From: Malacoraja senta
Lineage: Eukaryota
Assembly (NCBI GenBank): GCA_038087875.1
Contig: JAXLNO010006061.1
Location: 62,001 to 126,000, forward strand
Length of the DNA stretch: 64,000 nucleotides
Direction: 5' to 3'
Shown: one piece after another, positions 1 to 10,447 of the stretch
Layout of the letters: every line of letters starts with the position of its first letter
Position numbering within the stretch: position 1 is the first letter of the stretch
Notes under the pieces: model-generated
The model's input: the letters and a program-made list of their open reading frames with translations, nothing else
Database searches by the model: none
Told to the model about the DNA's origin: nothing
Made by a program: the position numbers and the translations under genes

Positions 1-313
1 CATCTCACCATTGCCATCAGGAAGCAGTTACAGGAGCCTGAAAACTGTAACGTCCAGGTACAGGAACAGCTACTTCCCTGCAGCCATCAGGCTATTAAAC
101 ACAACGAATAAGCTCTGAGCTCTGAACTGCAAAAGATTATATTATTATTTGTTATTTGCACTATTTGTTATTTATTGATCTTTTTCTATTTTTCTCTTCC
201 CCCGTTATGTACTATGTTTACATATTCACATATTCTGTTGTGCTGCAGCAAGCATGAAATGCATTGTCCTGTCTGGGGCATATGACAATAAAACACTCTT
301 CACTCTTCTTGAC
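1..313 (+). mobile_element. Rex1/Babar-type LINE 3' end (ORF C-terminus, 3' UTR, short tandem tail)
   Basis: Frame from base 2 reads ISPLPSGSSYRSLKTVTSRYRNSYFPAAIRLLN, matching the LPSG..YRS....SF(F)P.AIRLLN C-terminal motif of this clade; ends in AATAAAACACTCTTCACTCTT. Confidence 0.65.
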
Positions 314-443
314 CCTAGTCTAGGCCTCTTGGTTATCACTCACTCACACACTGCAACACCTGTCCTTCAGTGCTAAACTTGCCTGGCCCTATTTTGTGAC
401 GGGGTAAAAGATGTGTTCATTAAAGTGAATCCCAGCACCGTAC

Positions 444-761
444 CTTGAAAGCTTTTCACTTCCCGACTGATACTGGTGTTCGAGGGGGGATGAGACACTG
501 TACAGCCGAAGACTGAGCCTTTCTTCCAATCCTCTGAACTCACAGTCAGGAAGTGGCAAGCACTGAAAGTCCCCCCCTGCTCCAGAGCAGTTGGTGTAGC
601 GTTGGTGGTGGAGGAGATCGGGGCTCCGTCTTTCTCCCAAGTGACGTTTATGAGGTCCGGGTAGAAACCAGAGAGCACACATTCGAGGGTGGCTGTGTGG
701 CTACGTGTGGTCTCTTGATGAGCTGGAGGCAGCAGGCTGACCTTGAGTCTTTTTGTTTCAA
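444..761 (-). CDS. Immunoglobulin heavy-chain constant-domain exon (C1-set), IgNAR C3 / IgW-type
   Basis: 318-nt open phase-1/phase-1 exon. Acceptor is a polypyrimidine tract ...ctctgttccAG|TTGAA (762/761); donor is CAAG|GTACGG (444/443). Translation VETKRLKVSLLPP...TATLECVLSGFYPDLINVTW...PTALEQGGTFSA...WKKGSVFGCTVSHPPS has the canonical Cys-Trp-Cys and GFYP. PTALEQ.TFS and SHPPS resemble shark IgNAR C3 as I recall it. Isotype cannot be resolved without a search. Confidence 0.9.
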
Positions 762-802
762 CTGGAACAGAGGAGCAAAGTAGATGTGAGACCCTCTTCC
801 TC

Positions 803-1474
803 AAGGGCCTGTCCCACTTACGCAACTATTTCAACGACTGCCAGCACCCGTCATTGGTCGTTACAGGTGGCCGAAAATGTTCAACATGTTGAAAATCCAG
901 AACAAGGTACGACTCTTTTGGCAACTACTCACGACCATACAGGCTTCACATGTCGCCAGTATGGTCATGAGTAGTCTCCTCAGTCTCCCAAAGAGTCGTA
1001 GAGTCTTCTGGTCACCGTTGGATTTTCAACATGTTGAAAATTTTACCCGACTATGACGGGTGCCGGTAGTTGCAGAAAAAAATTTCGGAGCTCCCGCAAC
1101 GGCAACTTCTCCCGCCCGAGTTGCGGGGACTTGCTAGCGCCCGCCAAGGGCTCCAACATCAAGACCCGGAGCGCGGCCTTGCATCGCCCGGCGCGGCTTT
1201 AATGGCCGCGGGACTTACCATCGCCCGCTGGGGGCTTTGACTTTGACATCGGGAGGAGAATGAGGAGAGCAGGGGAGAGACAAGACTTTGCCTTCCATCA
1301 CAGTGAGGAGGAGATTCACTGTGATGGATGTTTGTGTGTAAATTGTGTTGTGTCTTGGTTCTTTGTACTTGTTTGCATGACTGCAGAAACCAAATTTTGT
1401 TTGAACTTAGGTTCAAATGACAACAAATAAATTGTATCATTGTATCAAAATTGCGGAATTGGGACAGGCTCTTT
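803..1474. mobile_element. Palindromic MITE (possibly PIF/Harbinger-like) with a nested repeat
   Basis: Terminal inverted repeats AAGGGCCTGTCCCACTT (803) and TTGGGACAGGCTCTTT (1459-1474). Internal arms are also inverted (GAAAATGTTCAACATGTTGAAAATCCA vs TGGATTTTCAACATGTTGAAAATTTT). Confidence 0.6.
1085..1447 (+). mobile_element. Unclassified GC-rich repeat inserted in the MITE
   Basis: Abrupt CpG-rich segment, internal hairpin CATCACAGTGA..TCACTGTGATG, and retroposon-like tail AATAAATTGTATCATTGTATCA. Confidence 0.4.
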
Positions 1475-1544
1475 ATGGAAAGCCAGGGTAGAAATCCAAA
1501 CAGGTGTCTTATAAAAGAACTTTAAGATGTTTATGTCATCACAT

Positions 1545-1643
1545 AAAAGACTGATCAATGGCAGATCAAACTATACACTGGCTAGATTTATTGCAAAAGA
1601 CTGACCAATGGCAGATCAAACTATACACTGGCTAGATTATTGA
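1545..1643. repeat. 50-bp direct tandem duplication (2 copies)
   Basis: AAAAGACTGA(T/C)CAATGGCAGATCAAACTATACACTGGCTAGATT occurs at 1545 and 1595. Confidence 0.9.
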
Positions 1644-2117
1644 AAACAGAACAGCAGAAAAACTCGTGTTAAATAGCAGGTTGGGTGCTTTGACTGAAAA
1701 AAAACCAGAACAAAGGAGCCGTCAACAGGGATTTGACTCTCTTTCCCATCACCATGATCAGCTGGTACATTACAGGGGCACAATTTGATATGTGCTTTGC
1801 TTGGAACCCCTGCAGCATCGATTAGTAATACTGAGCAACATGAATGAGAAACGCTACTTTTCTCCTTGTAGGCCAAGCCTGGGATTCCCTCGGTTTAAGA
1901 ATGTCACATGCTGATATCGCAGTCTTACTCGGACCATGTGTCTCACCATCTCTGAAACCTTTACCACAAACACAACCTTCTGTAAAGGTGTCATTCTTCC
2001 AACTCTGGGCACATAAGCCTGCACTCCTTTCACCTTTGTACCACTTGCTGTGTCACGTTGCAGTGTTGCTCACAAGCACCAAAGCAGACTCAGCAGATTC
2101 ATCCCCCGCATCGACAT

Positions 2118-2773
2118 GAGCTCAAAATTCCAACCCATGATCTGGGAATTTCAATTTTATTAATAAATGCATTCTGACGTAAAATGCTTCCGTTGGTGGT
2201 GACGCATGTCAATAGTTCACTGCTGCACTTCATGGAAGGGAATGTGTCATCATATCTGTTCTGGCCAGTACGCAACTACATACCTGTAGCAAAATGGCTA
2301 CAGACTAGTGTCAGTTTGGTGTGACTGTGCTCCAGTGAAGACTTTGAGGCGTTTCAGTAATTGATAGAAACTATCTGAAATAAATTAGTGGCTGACTCTC
2401 CAGCGACAGCAGAGCAAATCATAAATGGTTAGAAGTATCAAGGTCCCCCTCCTGCTGCAGATTGGGATGAAATTCTGCATTAGATGTATTTTCCCATTTC
2501 ACTTCAGAATCATTGGGGGAGGAAGAGAATGATTCATTCATTCATTGCCGCTGACTGACCTGCACTGCCACTTGTCCTCTGAAGCAGCATCATGAGTCTA
2601 GTTCCACTCAGCTCACTCTCGTGTGTGCACTGTTTACACACTCAGTCACTTGAGCCACATGAGCTGATTTTGCTTTCAAACACTTATTGTGGAGGGTGAT
2701 AACGTTTGTGTCAGAATTGAAACTATCAGAGCCCGGAGATCAAAGTCTTCAACTGCGTAGGAAGCAGTCATAA
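2118..2773. repeat. Inverted repeat arm A (656 bp; partner 9468-10122)
   Basis: Read base by base, it is the reverse complement of 9468-10122 with only scattered mismatches. Confidence 0.92.
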
Positions 2774-2855
2774 TATTCTCACCTCCACTATATTACAATT
2801 ATCTTTGGTGCTGGATTTGATGGGAGAGGAGAGAGAGAAGCAGGGAGGAGAGGGG

Positions 2856-3420
2856 AGCCCCTTTACATTGGGGACCTGGGATGGAGAGTGTGGTGGCGTG
2901 TAATGAACTTTTGAGTCGGATCACGGGCTCGTCGGCCGCCTGTATTTTTTGTGGTGAGGAGGAAACCGTGTTCCAAGCGTATATGGAGTGTGAGAGGTTA
3001 CTGCCCCTGCACCAATATCTGAAGGGGTTGTTCCTCAAGTTCTGGTTGCATTTTAGTCCCATGATTCTAGTGTTTGGACACAAGGCAGGGAGTGAGGAGA
3101 GCCGATCGGGGGGTGGGACCTCCCTGTCGGTTTGCTCCTGGGCCTGGCCAAGATGGCCATTCGTGGGTCCAGGCAGTGGGCGGTCGATGGTCATGCTAGA
3201 GTCGGCTGTCTACCCCTCTTCCGGGCCTACATACGTGCTCGCGGGTCCCTGGAGAGGGAACACGTGGTGTCCTTGGGGACTCTGGATGCCTTCCGTGGGT
3301 GCTGGTCACCACATGGGGTAGAGAGTATCGTAAATAATGAATGCATCATTGTACTATAATGATTATTTGATACATTGTAACTTCTGATTGTGTTTTTGAT
3401 GTATCATGTGTTTGTGCTTA
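2856..3420 (+). mobile_element. Tx1-like LINE ORF2 3' fragment
   Basis: Frameshifted GDLGWRV...CIFCGEEETVFQAYMECERL, a zinc-knuckle (zf-RVT-type) C-terminus, followed by an AT-rich tail. Confidence 0.7.
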
Positions 3421-4666
3421 AAAGTTTTTGAAAAGGAAAGAAAAAGAGGAGAGAAGAGGAGAGGAATGGAGGGGAGGGAAGGGAAGGGAGAGGAGAGGGG
3501 AAGGGTGAAGAGAGGGGCGAGGAGGGGAGAGCAGAGGAGACAATCTCTCACCTAGTCCATATTGCAATTATTTTTGGTGCTGGTTTTGAGGGGAGAGAGA
3601 GGGGATGAGAGATAAGGGGAGAAGGGGTGCAGAGGAGCGGGTAGGAGGAGAGAGGAGAGGGGAGGGGAGAGAAGAGCAGAGGGGAGGGGAGGGGAGGGGC
3701 AAGAGGAGAGGTGAGGAGAGGGGAGAGGGGGAGAAAGGAGAGGAGAGAGGGAGGTAGCAGAGAGCAGGGGAGGAGAGGGGAAGAAAAGAGAGGAGATGTG
3801 GGGACGAGGGGAGAGGGGAGGGCAGGAGAGGAGAGAGAGGGAAGAGGAGAGTAGAGAACAATCTCTCACCTCCACTATATTATCTTTGGTGCTGGATTTG
3901 AAGGGAGGGGGAGAGAGAAGCAGAGAGGGGAGAAGGGGTGAGGGGAGGAGTGAAGAAGGCAGAGGAGGGGAGGGGAGAGAGAAGAGGAAAGTAAAGGAGA
4001 GGAGAAATAAGGATGGGGAGGGGAGGAGAGTTGAGAGGAGGGGGTGAAGAGTAGGGGAGGGGATAGAAGAGTGGAAAGTATAGGAGTGGAGGGGGGTGGG
4101 GTGAGAGGAGAGAAGGGAGGTGAGGGAGGCAGAGTAGGGGAGAGGAGAGAGGAGGAGAAGGGGGGAGAGGGGAGAAGAGAAAGGAGGAGAGTAGAAGGTA
4201 GGAGGGAGAGGAGAGAAGAGGGAGGAGAGAAGATGGGGGGGGAGGGGGAGGAGAGGGTAGAAGAGAGGACAGGGTAGAGGAGAGGGTAGAGGAGAGGAGA
4301 GAATGGCAGGAGAGGGGGAGAGAGGCGACAGGGAGAGGGAGTGTAGGGGTAGAGGAGAGGAGAGTAGGGGAGAATGTAGGCGAGGAGGGGAGAATGGAGG
4401 GGAGGAGGGTAGTGGAGGTGAGAGGAGAGTGAAGAGGGGAGATGTGAGGAGTGGAGGAGGGGAGAAGAGAGGTGGTGTGGAGAGGAGAGGAGGGGATGAT
4501 GGAAGGAGAGAGGAGGGGAGATGGGAGGGAAGAGGAGAGTGGATGAGGGGAGTTTAGAAGAGACGAGAGGGGAGGGGAGGAGAGGATGTGTGGAGAGGTG
4601 AAGGGAGGATGGGAAAGAGGAGAGGTATGTAAAGGAGAGGAGAAGTAAGGATGGAGAGGGGAGGAG
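3421..4666. repeat. 1.25-kb polypurine (GA-rich) low-complexity tract
   Basis: Almost entirely G/A on the + strand, interrupted by copies of a ~45-bp motif at ~3541 and ~3858. Confidence 0.95.
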
Positions 4667-6331
4667 AGGCCGATAAATCCCCAGGGCCAGATAGGCTGCA
4701 TCCCAGAGTACTTAAGGAAGTAGCCCCAGAAATAGTGGATGCATTAGTGATAATTTTTCAAAACTCTTTAGATTCTGGAGTAGTTCCTGAGGATTGGAGG
4801 GTAGCTAATGTAACCCCACTTTTTAAAAAGGGAGGGAGAGAGAAAACGGGGAATTACAGACCAGTTAGTGGGGAAACTGCTAGAGTCAGTTATTAAAGAT
4901 GGGATAGCAGCACATTTGAAAAGTGGTGAAATCATTGGACAAAGTCAGCATGGATTTATGAAAGGTAAATCATGTCTGACGAATCTTATAGAAATTTTCG
5001 AGGATGCAACTAGTAGAGTGGATCAGGGAGAACCAGTGGATGTGTTATATCTGGACTTTCAGAAGGCTTTCGACAAGGTTCCACATAAGAGATTAGTATG
5101 CTAACTTAAAGCACATGGTATTGGGTGTTCAGTATTGATGTGGATAGAGAACTGGCTGGCAAACAGGAAGCAAAGAGTAGGAGGAAACGGGTCCTTTTCA
5201 GAATGGCAGGCAGTGACTAGTGAGGTACACAAAAATGCTGGAGAAACTCAGCGGGTGCAGCAGCATCTATGGAGCGATGGAAATAGGTAACGTTTCGGGC
5301 CGAAACCCTTCTTCAGTGACTAGTGAGGTGCTGTGTGCTGGGACCCCAGCTATTTACAATATATATTAATGATCTGGATGAGGGAATTGAATGCAACATC
5401 TCCAAGTTTGCGGATGACACGAAGCTGGGGGGCAGTGTTAGCTGTGAGGAGGATGCTAGGAGGCTGAAAGGTGAATTGGATAGGTTGGGTGAGTGGGCAA
5501 ATGCATGGCAGATGCAGTATAATGTGGATAAATGTGAGGTTATCCACTTTGGTGGCCAAAACAGGAAAGTAGACTATTATCTGAATGGTGGCCGATTAGG
5601 AAAAGGGGAGATGCAACGAGACCTGGGTGTCATGGTACACCAGTCATTGAAAGTAGGCATGCAGGTGCAGCAGGCAGTGAAGAAAGCAAATGGTATGTTA
5701 GCATTCATAGCAAAATAATTTGAGTATAAGAGCAGGGAGGTTCTACTGCAGTTGTACAGGGTCTTGGTGAGACCACACCTGGAGTATTGCGTACAGTTTT
5801 GGTCGCCTAATCTGAGGAAAGACATTCTTGCCAAAGAGGGAGTACAGAGAAGGTTCACCAGCCTGATTCCTGGGATGGCAGGGCTTTGATATGAAGAAAG
5901 ACTGGATAGACTCGGCTTGTACTCGCTAGAATTTAGAAGATTGAGGGGGGATCTTATAGAAACTTACAAAATTCTTAAGGGGTTGGACAGGCTAGATGCA
6001 AGAAGATTGTTCCCGATGTTGGGGAAGTCCAGAACAACGGGTCACAGTTTAAGGATAAGGGGGAAGTCTTTTGTGACCGAGATGAGAAAACATTTTTCAC
6101 ACAGAGTGGTGAATCTGTGGAATTCTCTGCCACAGAAGGTAGTTGAGGCCAGTTCATAGGCTATATTTAAGAGGGAGTTAGATGTGGCCCTTGTGGCTAA
6201 AGGGATCAGAGGGTATGGAGAGAAGGCAGGTACAGGATACTGAGTTGGATACTGAGCCATGATAATATTGAATGGCGGTGCAGGCTCGAAGGGCCGAATG
6301 GCCTACTCCTGCACCTATTTTCTATGTTTCT
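4667..6331 (+). mobile_element. CR1 LINE family A, 5'-truncated, frameshifted
   Basis: DKSPGPD.LHPRVL, QHGF, DFQKAFDKVPH and FADDTK RT motifs across several frames; 3' tail TTTTCTATGTTTC. Confidence 0.93.
5225..5316 (-). mobile_element. Penelope-like 3'-end micro-insertion with hammerhead-ribozyme motif
   Basis: Minus strand reads CTGAAGAAGGGTTTCGGCCCGAAACGTT. Flanked by a duplicated CAGTGACTAGTGAGGT (5211-5226 / 5314-5329, partly overlapping the element ends) inside CR1. Confidence 0.75.
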
Positions 6332-7752
6332 CTGTAACTTAGTTGCTGAAACCCAGGCAACATTCTAGTAAATCTCCTCTATACTCTCTCTATTTTGTTG
6401 ACATCTTTCCTATAATTTGGCGAACAAAATTGTACACCATACTCCAGAATTGGCCTCACCAATGCCTTGTACAATTTTAACATTACATCCCAACTTCTAT
6501 ACTCAATGCTCTGATTTATAAAGGTCAGCACACCAAAAGCTTTCTTTACCACCCTATCTATATGAGATTCCACCTTCAGGGAACTATGCACAGTTATTCC
6601 TAGATCCCTATGTTCAACTACATTCCTCAATACGCTACCTTTTACCATGTAATTCGCTACCATTTACCATGTAATTCGCTTCGATTTACCATGTGTATAT
6701 ATATACACACATATATATCCACTTCACAGTTCACACTGCCACCCAGTTTTGTGTCATCCGCAAACTCGCTAGTGTTGCTCCCAATTCCCTCTTCCAAATC
6801 ATTAATATATATGGTAAACAGTTGCGGCCCAAACACCGAGCCTTGCGGCACTCCACTCGCCACTGCCTGCTAATCTGAAAAGGACCCGTTCACTCCTACT
6901 CTTTGCGTCCGGTCTGCCAACTAATTTTCTATCCATGTCAACACCCTACCCCCAACACCATGTGCTCTAATTTGAGTCACCAGTCTCTCGTGCGGGACCT
7001 TATTAAAGGCTTTCTGAAAGTCTAGATACACTACATCCACTGGCACCCCTTCATCCATTTTACTTGTCACATCCTCAAAAAACTCCAGAAGATTAGTCAA
7101 GCATGATTTCCCTTTCATAAATCCTTGTTGACTTGGACTAATCCTTTTACTGCTATCCAAATGTCACCACCGAAGTCAGGCTAATTGGTCTGTAATTCCC
7201 CGTTTTCTCTCTCACTCCTTTCTTGAAAAGTGGGATAACATTAGCTATCCTCCAATCCACAGCAACTGATCCTGAATCTATTAAACATTGGAAAATGATC
7301 ACCAATGCATCCACTATTTCTAGAGCCACCTCCCTGAGGACCCTGGGATGCAGACCATCAGGCCCAGGGGATTTATCATCCTTCAGTCCCATTAGCCTAC
7401 CCAATATTATTTCTCGCCTAATGAAAATTTCTTTCAGTTCCTCTACCCCCTTAGATTCTCTGTCCTTCAGTACATCTGGGAGATTGTTTGTCTCTTCCTT
7501 AGTGAAGACAGATCCGAAGTACCTATTCAACTCTTCTGCCATTTCCTTGTTGCCCATAATAATTTCACCTGTGTCTGCCTTCAAGGGACCCACATTTGAC
7601 TTTGCAACTCTTTTTCCCTTAACATATTTAAAGAAGCTTTTACTGTCCTTCTTTACATTCCTGGCCAGCTTCCCTTCGTACTTCATCTTTTCAGCCCGTA
7701 TTGCCCGTTTTGTTTCCTTCTGTTGTCCTATGAAGGTTTCCCAATCCTCTGG
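6332..7752 (-). mobile_element. Mosaic of CR1 ORF2 fragments (families A and B)
   Basis: ORF-track pieces [30 protein letters not shown] and DKSPGPDGLHPRVL. A 22-bp unit TTTACCATGTAATTCGC is repeated about 3 times at 6641-6694. Confidence 0.88.
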
Positions 7753-8400
7753 CATCTGCTCCAGAAAAGCAGACATGGGCGGTGCCCGTCCATCAGGGCT
7801 AACATCTTCGCCATGATGGTGGATGGCCGCCGGTCGCCGACACTGTCCATGTGCAGCAGCTTCGCTGCCCTGTCTCTGTGGCTGAGACCATAAGCGTGGA
7901 GCAGCAGGGCCGTCAGCCCTTCGTATTTGGCGATGGACGGCGGGTCCCTGATGTAGGGCAACAACCTCGAGGCACAGTCCTGCGGCAAAGCCCCCACCAC
8001 ATGGAAATACATTGTGTCGTCCGCTACGATGCGATGGAGGTGAAACTGTCCCTCAACGTGGGCGAACCACACCTGAGGTTGGTCAGGCCAAAACGCTGGC
8101 AATTTGAAAGACGGTGAGCCCTGATTCTGCGGGAACGTTGTCTTCCTGCATAATTCTCTTGTCTAACGACGGGTAGACAGGTCGGGGTTACCAATTTGGC
8201 GGTTACAAGAACGACAACTGAACAAAATTAACTTTTCAGTAAACAGGTTCTCTGGACATGTCTGGTCACATCGGTGGTCAGTGCTGAACTAGCGCGCGAG
8301 AGCAAAACCGCGCGAAAACAAGCAGCCCCTCCCGAGTCACGTGACCGCAGCTTCCGAACGCCGGGTTCGATACCTGTGTGCGCCAGTAGGCGCCACTATA
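7753..8400 (-). mobile_element. Ty3/Gypsy LTR retrotransposon relic: 5' LTR, PBS, gag N-terminus
   Basis: gag-like PAFWPDQPQVWFAHVEGQF...YFHVVGAL...YEGL. PBS TGGTAACCCCGACC (8193-8180, resembles the tRNA-Trp PBS) follows an LTR-like segment 8400-8197 ending in CA. Confidence 0.72.
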
Positions 8401-8429
8401 ATGTGTTCTTTCCAACATCTGACGGCATT

Positions 8430-8590
8430 ATAACCATATAACCATTACAGCACGGAAACAGGCCATCTCGGCCCTTCAAGTCCGTGCCGAACATTTTTTT
8501 TTCCTTCTGTCTTCCCCCTAGTCCCATCTACAGTACCTGCACTCAGACCATAACCCTCCATTCCTTTCCCGTCCATATCCCCATCCAATC
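8430..8590 (-). mobile_element. CR1 family B 3' end
   Basis: Reverse complement matches the 3' end of the element at 14650-14781. Confidence 0.85.
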
Positions 8591-8685
8591 TACGCGCAGA
8601 GAAGGGCTTTAAAGGTATTACACGGTTTGACACAACTCATAAAGTCTCATTGTATGCGGATGACCTGCTCGAACCCAGTCAGTTC
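8591..8685 (+). mobile_element. 95-bp L1 RT fragment identical to 30087-30181 and 40029-40123
   Basis: Direct comparison gives 95/95 identity; encodes HKVSLYADDLL. Confidence 0.92.
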
Positions 8686-9340
8686 GAAGTCAAAGGGGGG
8701 GTGACCCTCTAATAAAGGCAAACTGGTGAGGCAAGATCCAGGGCTCCAACCGGTCTCCTGTCCTATACTGTCTTTGGGTGAAAACCGTGGTTAGCACAAA
8801 TTGCCACAGATTTATTAACCCACCACCACAGATTTATGAACCCAGACCTCAGTCCAAAGGAGAAATTCAGGGAATGCAAGGAATGTTGCAAGGAATGGAC
8901 GTGTTTGGTTATAATCATCCAAGGATGAGCAATACAAAATGTCTCTTGTGGAAGATACCAATATTTTACAGCATGGAGAGCATCCATATTCTGCCAGGTT
9001 TCGTATGAGGTGATTTCCCCCCGACACCGCGATTGTGGAAGTACACGACTGTCACTGATATGTGATGGGATTGAGCATCTTGCAAACACACATATTTAAC
9101 AATATCACATTGCTGATTAAAACAAGATTCACAAAGCAAGAACAATGTGCACTGTTAAACTAGGCTTACAAATTTCTGATGACACTGCAGCAACTGTCAT
9201 CCACACTAATACCACGCACATAACTATTTTTTAAAGGAATTTGGTTGCCATTTTGCTTAAAGAAGGAGGGGCTGTGAAATAGACAACATCTTACATTGAC
9301 AGATGTTATGTCTCCTGTCAGATATACACAGTGTGTATGA

Positions 9341-9467
9341 TTCTTGTTTAAGAAGGAACTGCAGATGCTGCAAAATTGAAGGTAGACAAAAATGCTGGAG
9401 AAACTCAGCAGGTGAGGCAACATCTAAGGAGCGAAGGAATAGGCGACGTTTCGGGTTGAGACCCTTC
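9341..9467 (-). mobile_element. Penelope-like 3'-end insertion (degenerate hammerhead core)
   Basis: Same family as 5225-5316; minus strand reads AAGAAGGGTCTCAACCCGAAACGTC. Confidence 0.75.
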
Positions 9468-10122
9468 TTATGACTCTGCTTTCTACGCAGTTGAAGACTT
9501 TGATCTCCGGGCTCTGATAGTTTCAATTCTGACACAAACGTTATCACCCTCCACAATAAGTGTTTGAAAGCAAAATCAGCTCATGTGGCCCAAGTAACTG
9601 AGTGTGTACACAGTGTGCACACGAGAGTGAGCTGAGTGGAACTAGACTCATGATGCTGCTTCAGAAGACAAGTGGCAGTGCAGGTCAGTCAGTGGCAATG
9701 AATGAATGAATCATTCTCTTCCTCCCCCAATGATTCTGAAGTGAAACGGGAAAATACATCTAATGCAGAATTTCATCCCAATCTGCAGCAGGAGGGGGAC
9801 CTTGATACTTCTAACCATTTATGATTTGCTCTGCTGTCGCTGGAGAGTCAGCCACTAATTTATTTCAGATAGTTTCTATCAATTACTGAAACGCCTCAAA
9901 GTCTTCACTGGAGCACAGTCACACCAAACTGACACTAGTCTGGAGCCATTTTGCTACAGGTATGTAGTTGCGTACTGGCCAGAACAGATATGACACATTC
10001 CCTTCCGTGAAGTGCAGCAGTGAACTATCGACATGCGTCACCACCAACAGAAGCGTTTTACGTCAGAATGCATTTATTAATAAAATTGAAATTCCCAGAT
10101 CACGGGTTGGAATTTTGAGCTC
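9468..10122. repeat. Inverted repeat arm B (partner 2118-2773)
   Basis: Reverse complement of arm A. Confidence 0.92.
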
Positions 10123-10289
10123 TAAATAAAAAATCATGATTAGTACGATGCAAGCTATGTCAACAAGAGGCAAAATGATGTTTTTTTCTAAATATTTTGG
10201 TCAAGGGGCACTAGATAGAACCCGGCATAATCAGTAAATGTAAAATCATTTAGAGAGAGTTTTAACATCACGTTTCCAATGCTTTTACA

Positions 10290-10447
10290 TTTCGGGTCGA
10301 GACCCTTCTTTAGACTGAAGAAGGGTCTCGACGCAAAACGTCACCTACTCCTTCGCTCCATAGATGCTGCCTCACGTGCTGAGCTTTTCCAGCATTTTTG
10401 TCTACCTTAGATTTTTCTAGCATTTTTTCAGTTCTTTCTTAAACAAT
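10290..10447 (+). mobile_element. Penelope-like 3' end with inverted 5' segment
   Basis: TTTCGGGTCGAGACCCTTCTT-tagactg-AAGAAGGGTCTCGACGCAAAA followed by the family body. Confidence 0.72.

Noticed and set aside
373-825. 150-aa ORF as a complete intronless gene
   Set aside because: Ig similarity stops at canonical splice sites (761, 444); the extensions are intron read-through.
2284-2374. 91-nt exon-like unit as a coding Ig exon
   Set aside because: Arm A has stops in all three frames and no Ig motifs; it is retained only as a possible non-coding exon.
3421-4666. Polypurine tract as a class-switch region
   Set aside because: The G-rich strand is the template strand for the Ig exon, opposite to mammalian S regions. 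It lacks AGCT-rich repeats and lies before an internal C domain, not CH1.
3552-4701. Pro/Ser/Leu- and Gly/Arg/Glu-rich ORFs
   Set aside because: Translation artefacts of low-complexity DNA.
1299-9615. CACAGTG heptamers at 1299, 9327 and 9609 as V(D)J recombination signals
   Set aside because: There is no ACAAAAACC-like nonamer at 12 or 22/23 bp and no adjacent V, D or J coding sequence; 1299 is part of a repeat hairpin.
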